The notes beneath the pieces are model-generated. The model saw only the letters and a list, made by a program, of their open reading frames with translations. It was not told the DNA's origin and searched no databases. From positions 41,426 through 105,425 of the IMG/VR virus record IMGVR_UViG_3300045997_000112: a stretch of 64,000 bases of DNA. The stretch is one strand, 5' to 3'. The position numbers and the translations under genes were made by a program. The stretch comes from a virus. The first letter of the stretch is position 1. Every line of letters begins with the position of its first letter. Shown piece by piece: positions 1 to 8,173 of the stretch.

Positions 1-530
1 AACTGCTGGGGCTGGAGCCCCAACGTTGCCTTGTCGATGGTGGGGAACCCGGTGGAGATGCCGAGGAGCCCGCCCGGCCGGTTCTTCCGGGCCGTGTAGT
101 CGTGGTACCGCTGCACCGGGTCATCGGTCAGGTTGACGATGCCGGTGTCGGTCATCGCGCCCTCGATCTCGGCGATCGTCTTCATCGCCACCGCGAGGAT
201 GTCGTCGGCCGACCCGCGCTTCTCCAGCAGGGCCACCTGCCGCTCCACCATCTGGAACACGAGGTGGTGCCGGTGGTCGGCAAGGCTGGCATCGACAACC
301 GCGTCGAGCCCGTCCTCAACCTTGACCAGCCGCAAGCTGGGGAACTCCCGCTTGATCATGGCGCCCGTGGGCACCTCGCTGTACTTGGCGTTGTGGCGAC
401 AGATGAAGTCGAAGGCGTCCCGGTAGTCCGGGCTCTTGAAGGTGTCCTTGGTGACGCCCCGGCGCAGGGGCGTGTCCACATCCCGCTCGAGAGCGATCCT
501 GCTGATGAGCCGTGCATCTTGATCCGACAT
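1..530 (-). CDS. dnaB: DnaB-like replicative helicase (N-terminal part; runs off window edge)
   Basis: Not in ORF track (no stop in window). Read from ATG at 530: MSDQDARLISRIALERD...LLGISTGFPTIDKATLGLQPQQ. The G(I/V)xTGFxxIDxxTxGLxP segment precedes Walker A in DnaB helicases. Confidence 0.85.
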   Translation of the reverse strand, partial: MSDQDARLISRIALERDVDTPLRRGVTKDTFKSPDYRDAFDFICRHNAKYSEVPTGAMIKREFPSLRLVKVEDGLDAVVDASLADHRHHLVFQMVERQVALLEKRGSADDILAVAMKTIAEIEGAMTDTGIVNLTDDPVQRYHDYTARKNRPGGLLGISTGFPTIDKATLGLQPQQ

Positions 531-541
531 TGATCCAACTC

Positions 542-925
542 CTAGACGTTGAGCGACCGGGCCCCGAACGCTAACGGACGGCGGCGGTCGATGATGTGCC
601 GCACGTCGCTCTGCATGGCCACGTAGTGCATGGCCTGGGTCAGGTCCGCGAACACCAACCACTCATTGAACGGGTGGCTGTAGTGGTCGATGAACTTGAT
701 GACCTCCTCTGGGGTTACCGGGTCGTCCTCGTAGCCGAAGAGGACCATCTTCAAGCCTCGATCCCGCAGGTCGTTCACCAGGGCGATGTCCACGTCGTGG
801 AGCATCATCTGGTGGCCAACCTTGGGGAAGAACCTGCCGGTGACGGCGGGCATCGCATCCACCACGGTGCTGGAGTGAACCAGGCACCGTGGTGGAGCGG
901 TGTCGTCGAGGTCGTTGTGCAGCAT
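542..925 (-). CDS. hypothetical protein in replication module
   Basis: MLHNDLDDTAPPRCLVH...; ATG overlaps upstream stop (TGATG); phage-like codon bias. Confidence 0.75.
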   Translation of the reverse strand: MLHNDLDDTAPPRCLVHSSTVVDAMPAVTGRFFPKVGHQMMLHDVDIALVNDLRDRGLKMVLFGYEDDPVTPEEVIKFIDHYSHPFNEWLVFADLTQAMHYVAMQSDVRHIIDRRRPLAFGARSLNV

Positions 926-1509
926 CAGTTGACGAAGATCGGGGCAATGCCCAGACCAAGGTCGATCCCATCCCACATCGAGTAGTTGCTCGGGGTGGCA
1001 TACAGGACCGTGATGTTCCGGTGAGCACGCTTGGACCGAGAGTCGATGAGTGCCCGCTGGGACGTGTAGTACATCCGGTCAGCGGGATCCCGAACCTCGG
1101 TGACCAGCACGCGAGCGGACTCCAACCACCGACGGACCTCCCGGTCATCCCGGTTGTCCCGACGATGAGCCGTCACCTGATTGGGATCGGTCCACGCGAG
1201 GTACTCCTCGAAGCCGTACCGGGCGTAGACGCCCTCCTGCCGGACGAGGTCCAGAACGAGGGCGGCCGCGTACTCGTCCGCGTGGTCGCCCACGAGGAAG
1301 ATGCTCTCGGTGAGGGACTGCGCGTTGGTGAGGACCCAGTCGTAGAGCTCGTCGGTCAGGTACTCAGAGCTGACCCACCGGCCCTTGTCCTTCCGGAGCA
1401 GGGTTGCGTTTCGGAGAGCGACCGGGATCTCCCAGTACCCCTGCCGACGGGCACCGGCCCAGTCCGACTCGGTACGGGCGAGCATGTCGCCGCGTGTCAT
1501 GGTGCTCAT
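925..1509 (-). CDS. degenerate DnaC/IstB-like helicase loader
   Basis: SIFLVG...AAALVLDL, Walker-B-like ARVLVTEV, ALIDSR...ITVLYAT; adjacent to dnaB; no GKT/S Walker A. Confidence 0.5.
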   Translation of the reverse strand: MSTMTRGDMLARTESDWAGARRQGYWEIPVALRNATLLRKDKGRWVSSEYLTDELYDWVLTNAQSLTESIFLVGDHADEYAAALVLDLVRQEGVYARYGFEEYLAWTDPNQVTAHRRDNRDDREVRRWLESARVLVTEVRDPADRMYYTSQRALIDSRSKRAHRNITVLYATPSNYSMWDGIDLGLGIAPIFVN

Positions 1510-2132
1510 GCTCCCTCCTCAATCCGCTGTCGTGTTCGATCTACGAGCAACTTTAGGGTAGCGATTGAGTTCTGTCCATGATTGGCCAAGTACAACTCTT
1601 CGTCTTCCAGAGCGACATCCAACCGGGTCTGGTACTCCTCCAACCTCAAACGGAGATCCTCCACGGATGGACCCTGGTTGGGGACAGGCTTCTCGGAACT
1701 CACCGAAGCGACATGCTGCTTCTCCTGCTGACGGACGTAGTCGTTCTCATCCTTGGGCCGAGTGTCCCGAACCTTCCAGAGCCACTTCTTCCACGCGGGG
1801 TACTCCCGCTTGCCGCGATCCAAGTGCTGAGCGTAGAAATCGTCGATCGCCCGCACCATGTGCTGGACGGTGACGCCCTCATTCCTCAGCTTGCCGAGGA
1901 TCTTCACCAGCGTGACGTAGTTTCCCAGTTCATCCGGGCTGTGCTGCGGGTACTTGTTCCGATACCGCTCGCGGAACTCGTCCACCGCGTCCTTGACCGA
2001 CCACTCTGACACAGGAAGGTCCTTCCGCCGAATGGACCTGAGACGTTTCCCGGCCGCCGCATCCCTGTCTCTGGCATAGCGCGGATCGTCCTTGAACACG
2101 TCGTAGGGCACTTCCCCTCCATCTCCTGACAC
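1506..2132 (-). CDS. hypothetical protein, possible replication initiator C-terminal-like
   Basis: 208 aa charged helical ORF upstream of DnaC/DnaB-like genes; alternative GTG start at 2111 with GGAGG RBS. Confidence 0.7.
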   Translation of the reverse strand: MSGDGGEVPYDVFKDDPRYARDRDAAAGKRLRSIRRKDLPVSEWSVKDAVDEFRERYRNKYPQHSPDELGNYVTLVKILGKLRNEGVTVQHMVRAIDDFYAQHLDRGKREYPAWKKWLWKVRDTRPKDENDYVRQQEKQHVASVSSEKPVPNQGPSVEDLRLRLEEYQTRLDVALEDEELYLANHGQNSIATLKLLVDRTRQRIEEGA

Positions 2133-2139
2133 CTCTGGC

Positions 2140-2305
2140 CAAACACCGGGGGTGAGCTTCGCTCACCCCGCTTCGCCTACCCGCTCCCGAAGGATCCGAC
2201 CAAGTTCACCACCCCCGTAACCGAAGGGCCCTCCGCCGCAGGCGGGGGCAGGTTTTCTTGGCGGGAGAGGACATAGCTCTCCTGCCGCGAGGTGGTGAAC
2301 TGAAT
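2140..2305. other. highly structured intergenic element (candidate replication origin or structured RNA)
   Basis: Hairpin GGGGTGAGC-TTC-GCTCACCCC; outer stem AGTTCACCACC/GGTGGTGAACT (2203-2301) enclosing further stems; two GCGAAGC and two C(TTCG)G loops on minus strand. Confidence 0.5.
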
Positions 2306-2380
2306 CAGCGCCGTGCCAGCGTCCCGGGTTAGTTGACTCGCAGCGCCTTAGCTGGCCCAGGGGGAACACGGAGGCATCCT

Positions 2381-2716
2381 TCAGAACCGGGTAGGCCCCC
2401 CATCCCTCGCAGCGGGCTTCGCGCTGTAGCCCGCCTTCGTGGGAAGCAAGTCTCGATCCCCCACCTGTACGGGGTATCCCGCGTCCAGAAGGATGGTGAC
2501 GATCTTCCGGGCATGCAGAACCGAGAGACTCACCTTGGCCTGCTTCAGCAGGTACTTGACCTGCGGAGTGGGGGCGGGTGCGCGGACCACCCATGTGTGC
2601 TCTTTCTTGTCCCACCAGCAGCCGTGCTGCTTCAACAGGGTGTTCACGTTCGGGTCGTAGGGGAAGTCCACCACCACTCGACCCATGTCATCCCGAAGGA
2701 TTCGTACTTGAGTCAT
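2381..2716 (-). CDS. stand-alone HARP-like domain protein
   Basis: VVVDFPYDPNVNTLLKQHGCWWDKKEHTWVV matches FPYDP...WD...W pattern of HARP-like annealing-helicase domains. Confidence 0.6.
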   Translation of the reverse strand: MTQVRILRDDMGRVVVDFPYDPNVNTLLKQHGCWWDKKEHTWVVRAPAPTPQVKYLLKQAKVSLSVLHARKIVTILLDAGYPVQVGDRDLLPTKAGYSAKPAARDGGPTRF

Positions 2717-2749
2717 GTACTATTGCTCCATTCAATCTTCGCGGATTGA

Positions 2750-2799
2750 GAAGAGGGACCCCGTCGGCGTGATGACCCGACAGAGTGGGGTCCCTCTTC
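2750..2799. terminator. intergenic stem-loop, probable terminator
   Basis: 13-bp perfect stem GAAGAGGGACCCC/GGGGTCCCTCTTC with inner GTCGG/CCGAC stem. Confidence 0.55.
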
Positions 2800-2821
2800 A
2801 TTTGTGCGGGTGAGACTACAC

Positions 2822-3097
2822 CTACTGGTCGTCCCGATCGAAGACGTGCCAGACCAGTGCGCCGCCGAAGGCGATCACGGTGCCCAGGAACGTCCCCAGA
2901 GGGCCGTCCGGGATGGGGTTGCCCGTCCCGAAGATGCTGATGTGACGGGTCTCGAGCTCGGGCTCATTGGTCTCGCAGCCGAACCAGAGGCAGATGGCCT
3001 CCCGCTGCTCGCCGACGGAGAGGATCACCGAGCCCTTGGGGATGGTGATCCACTGGTCGTCCACCACGTTCAGCACGATCTTGTGGATAGTCCTCAC
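2822..3097 (-). CDS. conserved phage hypothetical protein
   Basis: MRTIHK...IPKGSVILSVGEQ...LW...IFGTGNPIP...FLGTV...LVWHVF, a widespread small phage protein pattern. Confidence 0.8.
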   Translation of the reverse strand: MRTIHKIVLNVVDDQWITIPKGSVILSVGEQREAICLWFGCETNEPELETRHISIFGTGNPIPDGPLGTFLGTVIAFGGALVWHVFDRDDQ

Positions 3098-3306
3098 TGC
3101 TGCTCCCCCATGACCTTGCGGACGACCCGCTCGATGTCGGCGTCAGAAGGCATGGGCCCCACGATCCCTACAGGTCCGGGAGGGCCCTGTGCCCCCGTGG
3201 CGCCCGCCTGCCCGATGAGCCCGACAGGTCCGGTCTTGCCCTTCCAGATCACGTACCCGCTCAGGACGATCAGCCAGAGCAACATCAGGGCTACCAGCGC
3301 GTCCAC
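3094..3306 (-). CDS. small membrane-anchored collagen-like protein
   Basis: GTG start; N-terminal TM helix (ALVALMLLWLIVLSGYVIW) then about 9 Gly-X-Y triplets. Confidence 0.7.
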   Translation of the reverse strand: MDALVALMLLWLIVLSGYVIWKGKTGPVGLIGQAGATGAQGPPGPVGIVGPMPSDADIERVVRKVMGEQQ

Positions 3307-3545
3307 TAGAACCACACCCATTCCATCTTGACCCAGTTGAACCGCTCTGGCTGGAGCATGGCGTAGGTGGCCCATGCGCTCGCCTTCCCAGCGAGGTCGG
3401 ACAGCAGGTGCGCCTGATCCTCTCCGTCGTTGGCGTACCACTCCTCGCTGGTGATGAACCACTGGCGCGACCACTCCGGCTCCGGGGAACCGGGAACCAC
3501 GCCGACCATCACGTCCACTCCGCAGCGCGCTGTTGCCTCCGTCAC
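3306..3545 (-). CDS. hypothetical protein
   Basis: Trp-rich ORF; GTGA overlap with upstream stop. Confidence 0.7.
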   Translation of the reverse strand: MTEATARCGVDVMVGVVPGSPEPEWSRQWFITSEEWYANDGEDQAHLLSDLAGKASAWATYAMLQPERFNWVKMEWVWF

Positions 3546-3823
3546 TTGCCGCACCACCCGTCAGCGGAGGCGTCCCACTCCGGGACGCGCTGGAGGGCTG
3601 CCTGGGAGGCGTCGCGGGTCGTGGCCGCGAACCCGGCCCCGTGGACGCAGATCGCCACGATGTTGGGGAACTGGTCGACGTTGACGAACAACTCGACCTT
3701 CTCCGGGTCCTGCACCGGCACGCCCTCAAGGTCGCGCACGGTCTGGTTGCTGCACCCGGTGAGCTGAACCGTGAGGAGCAGCCCGGCGACGGCGGCGATG
3801 CCAATGCGATCTCGACGCCTCAC
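3542..3823 (-). CDS. lipoprotein
   Basis: Basic N-terminus, hydrophobic stretch, lipobox LTG-C. Confidence 0.75.
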   Translation of the reverse strand: MRRRDRIGIAAVAGLLLTVQLTGCSNQTVRDLEGVPVQDPEKVELFVNVDQFPNIVAICVHGAGFAATTRDASQAALQRVPEWDASADGWCGK

Positions 3824-4857
3824 TTGATCACGCCCCGAACGGACGCGGCGATCTGCCAGAGCTGGTCCTCGTCGGCCATCTCCAGCATGACGCCGATCAG
3901 GTCCCGAAGGATGGCGTCGATGCCCCGCTGCGGGCGCCAGGCGGGATCCCCGAAGTTGTACGTGACGTACCCCTCGGGGCGCACGCTCTCCGTGATGGTG
4001 GTCTCGATGACCACGTCCTTGGCCTTGTCGGCGATGCGCTCGGCCTCAACCATGCCGTCCACGTAGCCCTCAAGGTGGGCCTCCATGTAGACGTCGGTGG
4101 AGACGGGCAGGCGGCCCTTCTCGTCGCGGGTCTCGGCCTTGGCGGCTGCAGCGGCGGTCGTTCCACTGTCCCGGAACCCGACCTTGCCCTTCTCGCGGAT
4201 GCTGTCCACGGTGATCGCCTTCTCGACGATCGCCTGCGTGACCGGGAGGGTCTCCGGCTCCATCATCTCCTTGGACAGGGTGACGGGCTCGGCAACCTTG
4301 AGGGCCTCATCCACCGCCTTCTCGAACTCGGGGTTGGCCTCCTCGACCACCTTGGGCGCGGCCTTCTTGCGCGGCGCTCGGCGCTTCGGGACAGCGGGGA
4401 CTTCGGGCAGCACTTCGGCCACGGGGGGCTCCTCTTCCTTGGGGATGTCCATGTGCTCGGGACCATCGCTGTGGTCCCCCTCCTGGCCGACATCGGACGG
4501 GATGTCGGGGACGACCTCGACCTCCGGCTCGTCGGGGACGATCTCGAGCTCCATGAGCCCGTCGTCGAGGGCGAGGTAGGTGGCACCAACCTTGGTGGCC
4601 TCCTTGACCAGGTCCTCATCAGTGGGGCCGAGGACGACCCAGCCCTTCTCCAGGGTGTCGAAGTCGGTGACGACCGGGACGTCGATGACGTCGAAGATCT
4701 CCTGGGCCCAGGAGTCCAAGTTCTCGCCGTCGTAGTTGAAGAAGACGATCTCGTGACTCTCGCTCCAGAGGGAGGGATCTCCCAGCAGGTCGAACAGGGT
4801 AGCCGTGGCCAGTGCGCGGTCCACGGTCTGGGGTGCGCCAACAATGCAGTACTTCAT
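3820..4857 (-). CDS. hypothetical protein (acidic, low-complexity central region)
   Basis: ATG at 4857 with AGGAGA RBS; strong GC3 bias. Confidence 0.8.
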   Translation of the reverse strand: MKYCIVGAPQTVDRALATATLFDLLGDPSLWSESHEIVFFNYDGENLDSWAQEIFDVIDVPVVTDFDTLEKGWVVLGPTDEDLVKEATKVGATYLALDDGLMELEIVPDEPEVEVVPDIPSDVGQEGDHSDGPEHMDIPKEEEPPVAEVLPEVPAVPKRRAPRKKAAPKVVEEANPEFEKAVDEALKVAEPVTLSKEMMEPETLPVTQAIVEKAITVDSIREKGKVGFRDSGTTAAAAAKAETRDEKGRLPVSTDVYMEAHLEGYVDGMVEAERIADKAKDVVIETTITESVRPEGYVTYNFGDPAWRPQRGIDAILRDLIGVMLEMADEDQLWQIAASVRGVIK

Positions 4858-4913
4858 TGGTCTCCTATGGTGGGTTGGACTAGCCCACCATACACCCACC
4901 TATCCCATAGGCA

Positions 4914-6074
4914 TCAGACCGCGAGCCAGTTCACCTCGACCGTCTCAGCCTGGGATCCGATGTTCTCCAGGACCAGCACGAACCCCTGCGAGGTCACCTT
5001 GCGGACCCCGGCGAGCACCGGACGGGAGTTGACCTCCTGGGTGGAACCCGGCGTGGTGAGCGTGTAGGTGAGGGACACGGACACCGAGGCACCCACCACA
5101 CCGCCGTAGTTGGCCTCGTTCGCGGTGTCGTTGGGACCGAAGGCGATGGCGTTGTAGGTCCCGGCTGCGAACCCGGCCGCCCACTCGAGTGGAAGATCCA
5201 CGGTATGCGTGGTGCCCGACGCGAAGTTCTTCACCACGTTGAGCTTGGGCGTGGCTGCCGGGTTGAACGACCCGGGAAGCCCTGCCGCGACGTTGTTGTA
5301 CGGCCGGAAGGTGATGGAGTCCAGCGCATGCCCGGCCGCCGAGCCGATCTTGAACGTGACCTGGAGCTTGGTGGGCTGGGCTCCCGCAGGCAGGGCGAAG
5401 CCCCCGGGAAGGAGCACGAGGCCCCTCTGGTTGCCGTTGGACGTGGAGAACTGGCCGACGAGGAAGGTGGTCTTGTCGCCCTGCCAGGTGGTCGAGGCGC
5501 TCTCCCCGTAGGGCGAGTTGCCCGAGTAGCACCGGAAGGACCCCGCCGTGGCCGTCTTCACGCTGGAGGTGGTGCCCCCAGCGGACTGACCCACAGTCTT
5601 CTGCACCGGGGAGACCAGCACCTTGGGCGGCGTGGTGAACGATCCGGCTGGGAAGGAGACGTCGATGCCCTGAGGGCCAAGGTTGGGCGCCAGGAGGCGC
5701 TCCGCCAGTACCCCGGAGACGATCGATGCATCCTTGCCCGGGGCTCCGTTGGTGCCATCCCGACCTCGAGGGATCTCGAAGGTGAGCTGCCCCGTGGCTC
5801 CGTCCCAGAGGGCCTTCGCCGGGGAGGTGGCCTCAACACTGGTGGCCGACGCCCCATTGATGGGAGTGGCGGCCGCCTTCTCCAGCGCGTCGATGCGGAG
5901 ACGCAGGGAGCCCGTCTTCTCGCCCGCGATCTTGATGCCGATGTCCCGCTGTACAGCCAGGACCCAGTCGATCGCGTTCTGGTGCAGCGTGGTGTGCTGA
6001 GACGCGTCCAGCGTGGCGCTGGGAAGGAGTGCTGCCCCAGTCGGATCCAGGGCGTCGGGGAACCGGCTGGCCAT
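4914..6074 (-). CDS. tail fibre / receptor-binding protein with interrupted H-type-lectin-like domain
   Basis: N-terminal attachment-like motif (FPDALD...H...VQRDIG), short collagen, VSFPAGSFTTPPKVLVS...VTSQGF...VNWLAV; end of baseplate operon. Confidence 0.7.
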   Translation of the reverse strand: MASRFPDALDPTGAALLPSATLDASQHTTLHQNAIDWVLAVQRDIGIKIAGEKTGSLRLRIDALEKAAATPINGASATSVEATSPAKALWDGATGQLTFEIPRGRDGTNGAPGKDASIVSGVLAERLLAPNLGPQGIDVSFPAGSFTTPPKVLVSPVQKTVGQSAGGTTSSVKTATAGSFRCYSGNSPYGESASTTWQGDKTTFLVGQFSTSNGNQRGLVLLPGGFALPAGAQPTKLQVTFKIGSAAGHALDSITFRPYNNVAAGLPGSFNPAATPKLNVVKNFASGTTHTVDLPLEWAAGFAAGTYNAIAFGPNDTANEANYGGVVGASVSVSLTYTLTTPGSTQEVNSRPVLAGVRKVTSQGFVLVLENIGSQAETVEVNWLAV

Positions 6075-6077
6075 GTC

Positions 6078-6281
6078 TTACCCGCCTGCGGCTGCAGCCT
6101 TGAGGGCCGCGACGTCCGTCTTGAGGGTCTCGATCTCGGCGTTCATGGCCGCGATGTTGTCGTTGGCCTGGGTGACCCCGGCCTTGAGCCAGACCACGTA
6201 CTTGAAGTGGCCCGGCTGCCCGGCGACGGGGTCGGTACCGTCAGGGCTGCCCTTGTCCCAGGTCAGAGTGAGTGCTGCCAT
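6078..6281 (-). CDS. small coiled-coil tail-associated protein
   Basis: AGGAGG RBS; C-terminal heptads IAAMNAEIETLKTDVAALK. Confidence 0.7.
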   Translation of the reverse strand: MAALTLTWDKGSPDGTDPVAGQPGHFKYVVWLKAGVTQANDNIAAMNAEIETLKTDVAALKAAAAGG

Positions 6282-6300
6282 GGAGTCCTCCTAGATTGGA

Positions 6301-8172
6301 TCAACTGTATTCGACCTCGCCCACCCAGAGTTGGCTGAACTCCGGGTCGTCTGAGGTGATCATCTGAGCGCCCACCCCACTGGGGAGGTAGGCCGGGAGG
6401 GTCCCGTACAGCTTGGCGATGAGGACCCGCTCGAACGAATCCAGCGAGGACTCCCCCGAGGGGTCGCGCTCCCGAGCCTCCATGGTCACGTTGGGGTCGT
6501 CCATGACCGCGGTGGTGTCATCCATGACGACCATGCCGGACACCAATGTTGAGACCCCGGTGTCCATGACGACGGCAACCGACCGAGGGTCCCGGAACGC
6601 GTAGGGGCGCCCCGTCGACAGCGAGATGCACCCCAGGCTGACGACTGCGTCCCCGGTGACATTGACGCTCCACACCACGTACCGGCTGCCTGCCGGGGCG
6701 AGCACCGGCTCGAACAGCGCGCCATCCCAAAGGCCGTCGTGGACGGTGTCCACCGCCAGGTTCTCGCTGTACAGCGGATCTCCCTGATCATCGAGGAACC
6801 CGATGTCGGCCGAGATGGTGCACGGTGCCGAGGCGTAGTAGCGGAACCGGAACTGGTACAGCTGCCCGGGTGTGGCCTTGGCGGCGAACTCCGGGACGAA
6901 CTGGCCATTGATCTTCTTGGACCCGAACCGCAGGGTCTCCCCGGAACGGGGCTGGAGTCGGTGGACCCACCCCACCGCAGGCGACGGGAACCGGGAGTCC
7001 CACCACGGGTCGTCCACCCCGGGGATCAGCGGGGGATTGAGGAGCACGCCCATCGCGGGGCTGGAGTCGAACGAGTCCCACTCGTCGAACCACACGCCCT
7101 CGCCGTCGTAGACGTCCTCCCAGACGTCCACCCATTCATGCAGCCGGTTGATGGGCCACTGGCTCTGGAAGTTCTCCTCGTACCCCACGCACGGGATCGA
7201 GGTCCATTCCCCGCCCTCGGCCGAGACGCTGTACTCGTCTGCCGGGGTGTTGGACGGGATGTTCCACGGGTTGTCCGGGCAGGTGTCCGATCGGTCGAGG
7301 AGCAGGTTGAGCGGCCCCACCACCTGGGTGGGGAACCCGGTGACGGTCTCCACGTACCGCTCGAGCCCGGCGTAGCTGCCCTTGGCCATGGTGATCTGCC
7401 GGTAGTTGGCCAGGATGTGCTTGAGCCGGTGGCTGACCACCCGGTCGGTGAAGAACGCCTCCTCGGTGGGGCCCATGCCGAAGGACCTCAACAATGGGAG
7501 CACCATGTTCGGGTGGATCCGCTCCGGGGTGTCCACCATGAGCTCGCCATCGGTGATGATCGTGTCCAGGACGTACCCGACATCGGCCATGAACGAGGTC
7601 TGCGGGTTCATCATGTGCTCGCCGTAGATCATCCCGCCGGTCATGACGCCACGGGGCAGTGCGTCCATCCCGTTGATGATGCCGCCGTAGTTGCCGGGGA
7701 TGACCTTCCACCCACGCCCCCGGTAGTCCCAGGGGAGCCACTTCACGAAGTCGCCGGTGGCCGGGTCGAGCAGCGGCTCCGACACGTAGACGGACAGGTA
7801 CAGGACCGTTCCTGGCGCCACGGGTCCCAAAGACGCGTCACCGGAGCGGAAGGAGAAGGTGCGCCCCGACGGCAGCTCCTCGTCCACCAGAACCGGAGTC
7901 CGGTCCTCGAAGACCAGCTTCAGGTCCCCACCCTCGTCGGTCCAGTGAGCGAACCGGTCCGGGTTGGGCGGGAAGTACGTGGAGCTCTTCAGCACCACCA
8001 CGCGGGAGTTGCCCGGGTAGTCCCAGGAGATAGGGCCAACCTGAACCAGGACGTCGGCGCCGTTCAACCCCTCGGGGTCGTACCCAAGGTTGGTGATCTT
8101 GACCGCCACCTCAGGACGGACGCGGTCGCCATAGACGTCCTCGCCGTATCCGAAGTCCTGGTACTTGGCCAT
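6301..8172 (-). CDS. baseplate wedge / tail protein
   Basis: LPLLRSFG...KGSYAGLERYVETVTG resembles P2 gpI-like wedge motif; position after baseplate J. Confidence 0.7.
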   Translation of the reverse strand: MAKYQDFGYGEDVYGDRVRPEVAVKITNLGYDPEGLNGADVLVQVGPISWDYPGNSRVVVLKSSTYFPPNPDRFAHWTDEGGDLKLVFEDRTPVLVDEELPSGRTFSFRSGDASLGPVAPGTVLYLSVYVSEPLLDPATGDFVKWLPWDYRGRGWKVIPGNYGGIINGMDALPRGVMTGGMIYGEHMMNPQTSFMADVGYVLDTIITDGELMVDTPERIHPNMVLPLLRSFGMGPTEEAFFTDRVVSHRLKHILANYRQITMAKGSYAGLERYVETVTGFPTQVVGPLNLLLDRSDTCPDNPWNIPSNTPADEYSVSAEGGEWTSIPCVGYEENFQSQWPINRLHEWVDVWEDVYDGEGVWFDEWDSFDSSPAMGVLLNPPLIPGVDDPWWDSRFPSPAVGWVHRLQPRSGETLRFGSKKINGQFVPEFAAKATPGQLYQFRFRYYASAPCTISADIGFLDDQGDPLYSENLAVDTVHDGLWDGALFEPVLAPAGSRYVVWSVNVTGDAVVSLGCISLSTGRPYAFRDPRSVAVVMDTGVSTLVSGMVVMDDTTAVMDDPNVTMEARERDPSGESSLDSFERVLIAKLYGTLPAYLPSGVGAQMITSDDPEFSQLWVGEVEYS

Positions 8173-8173
8173 G

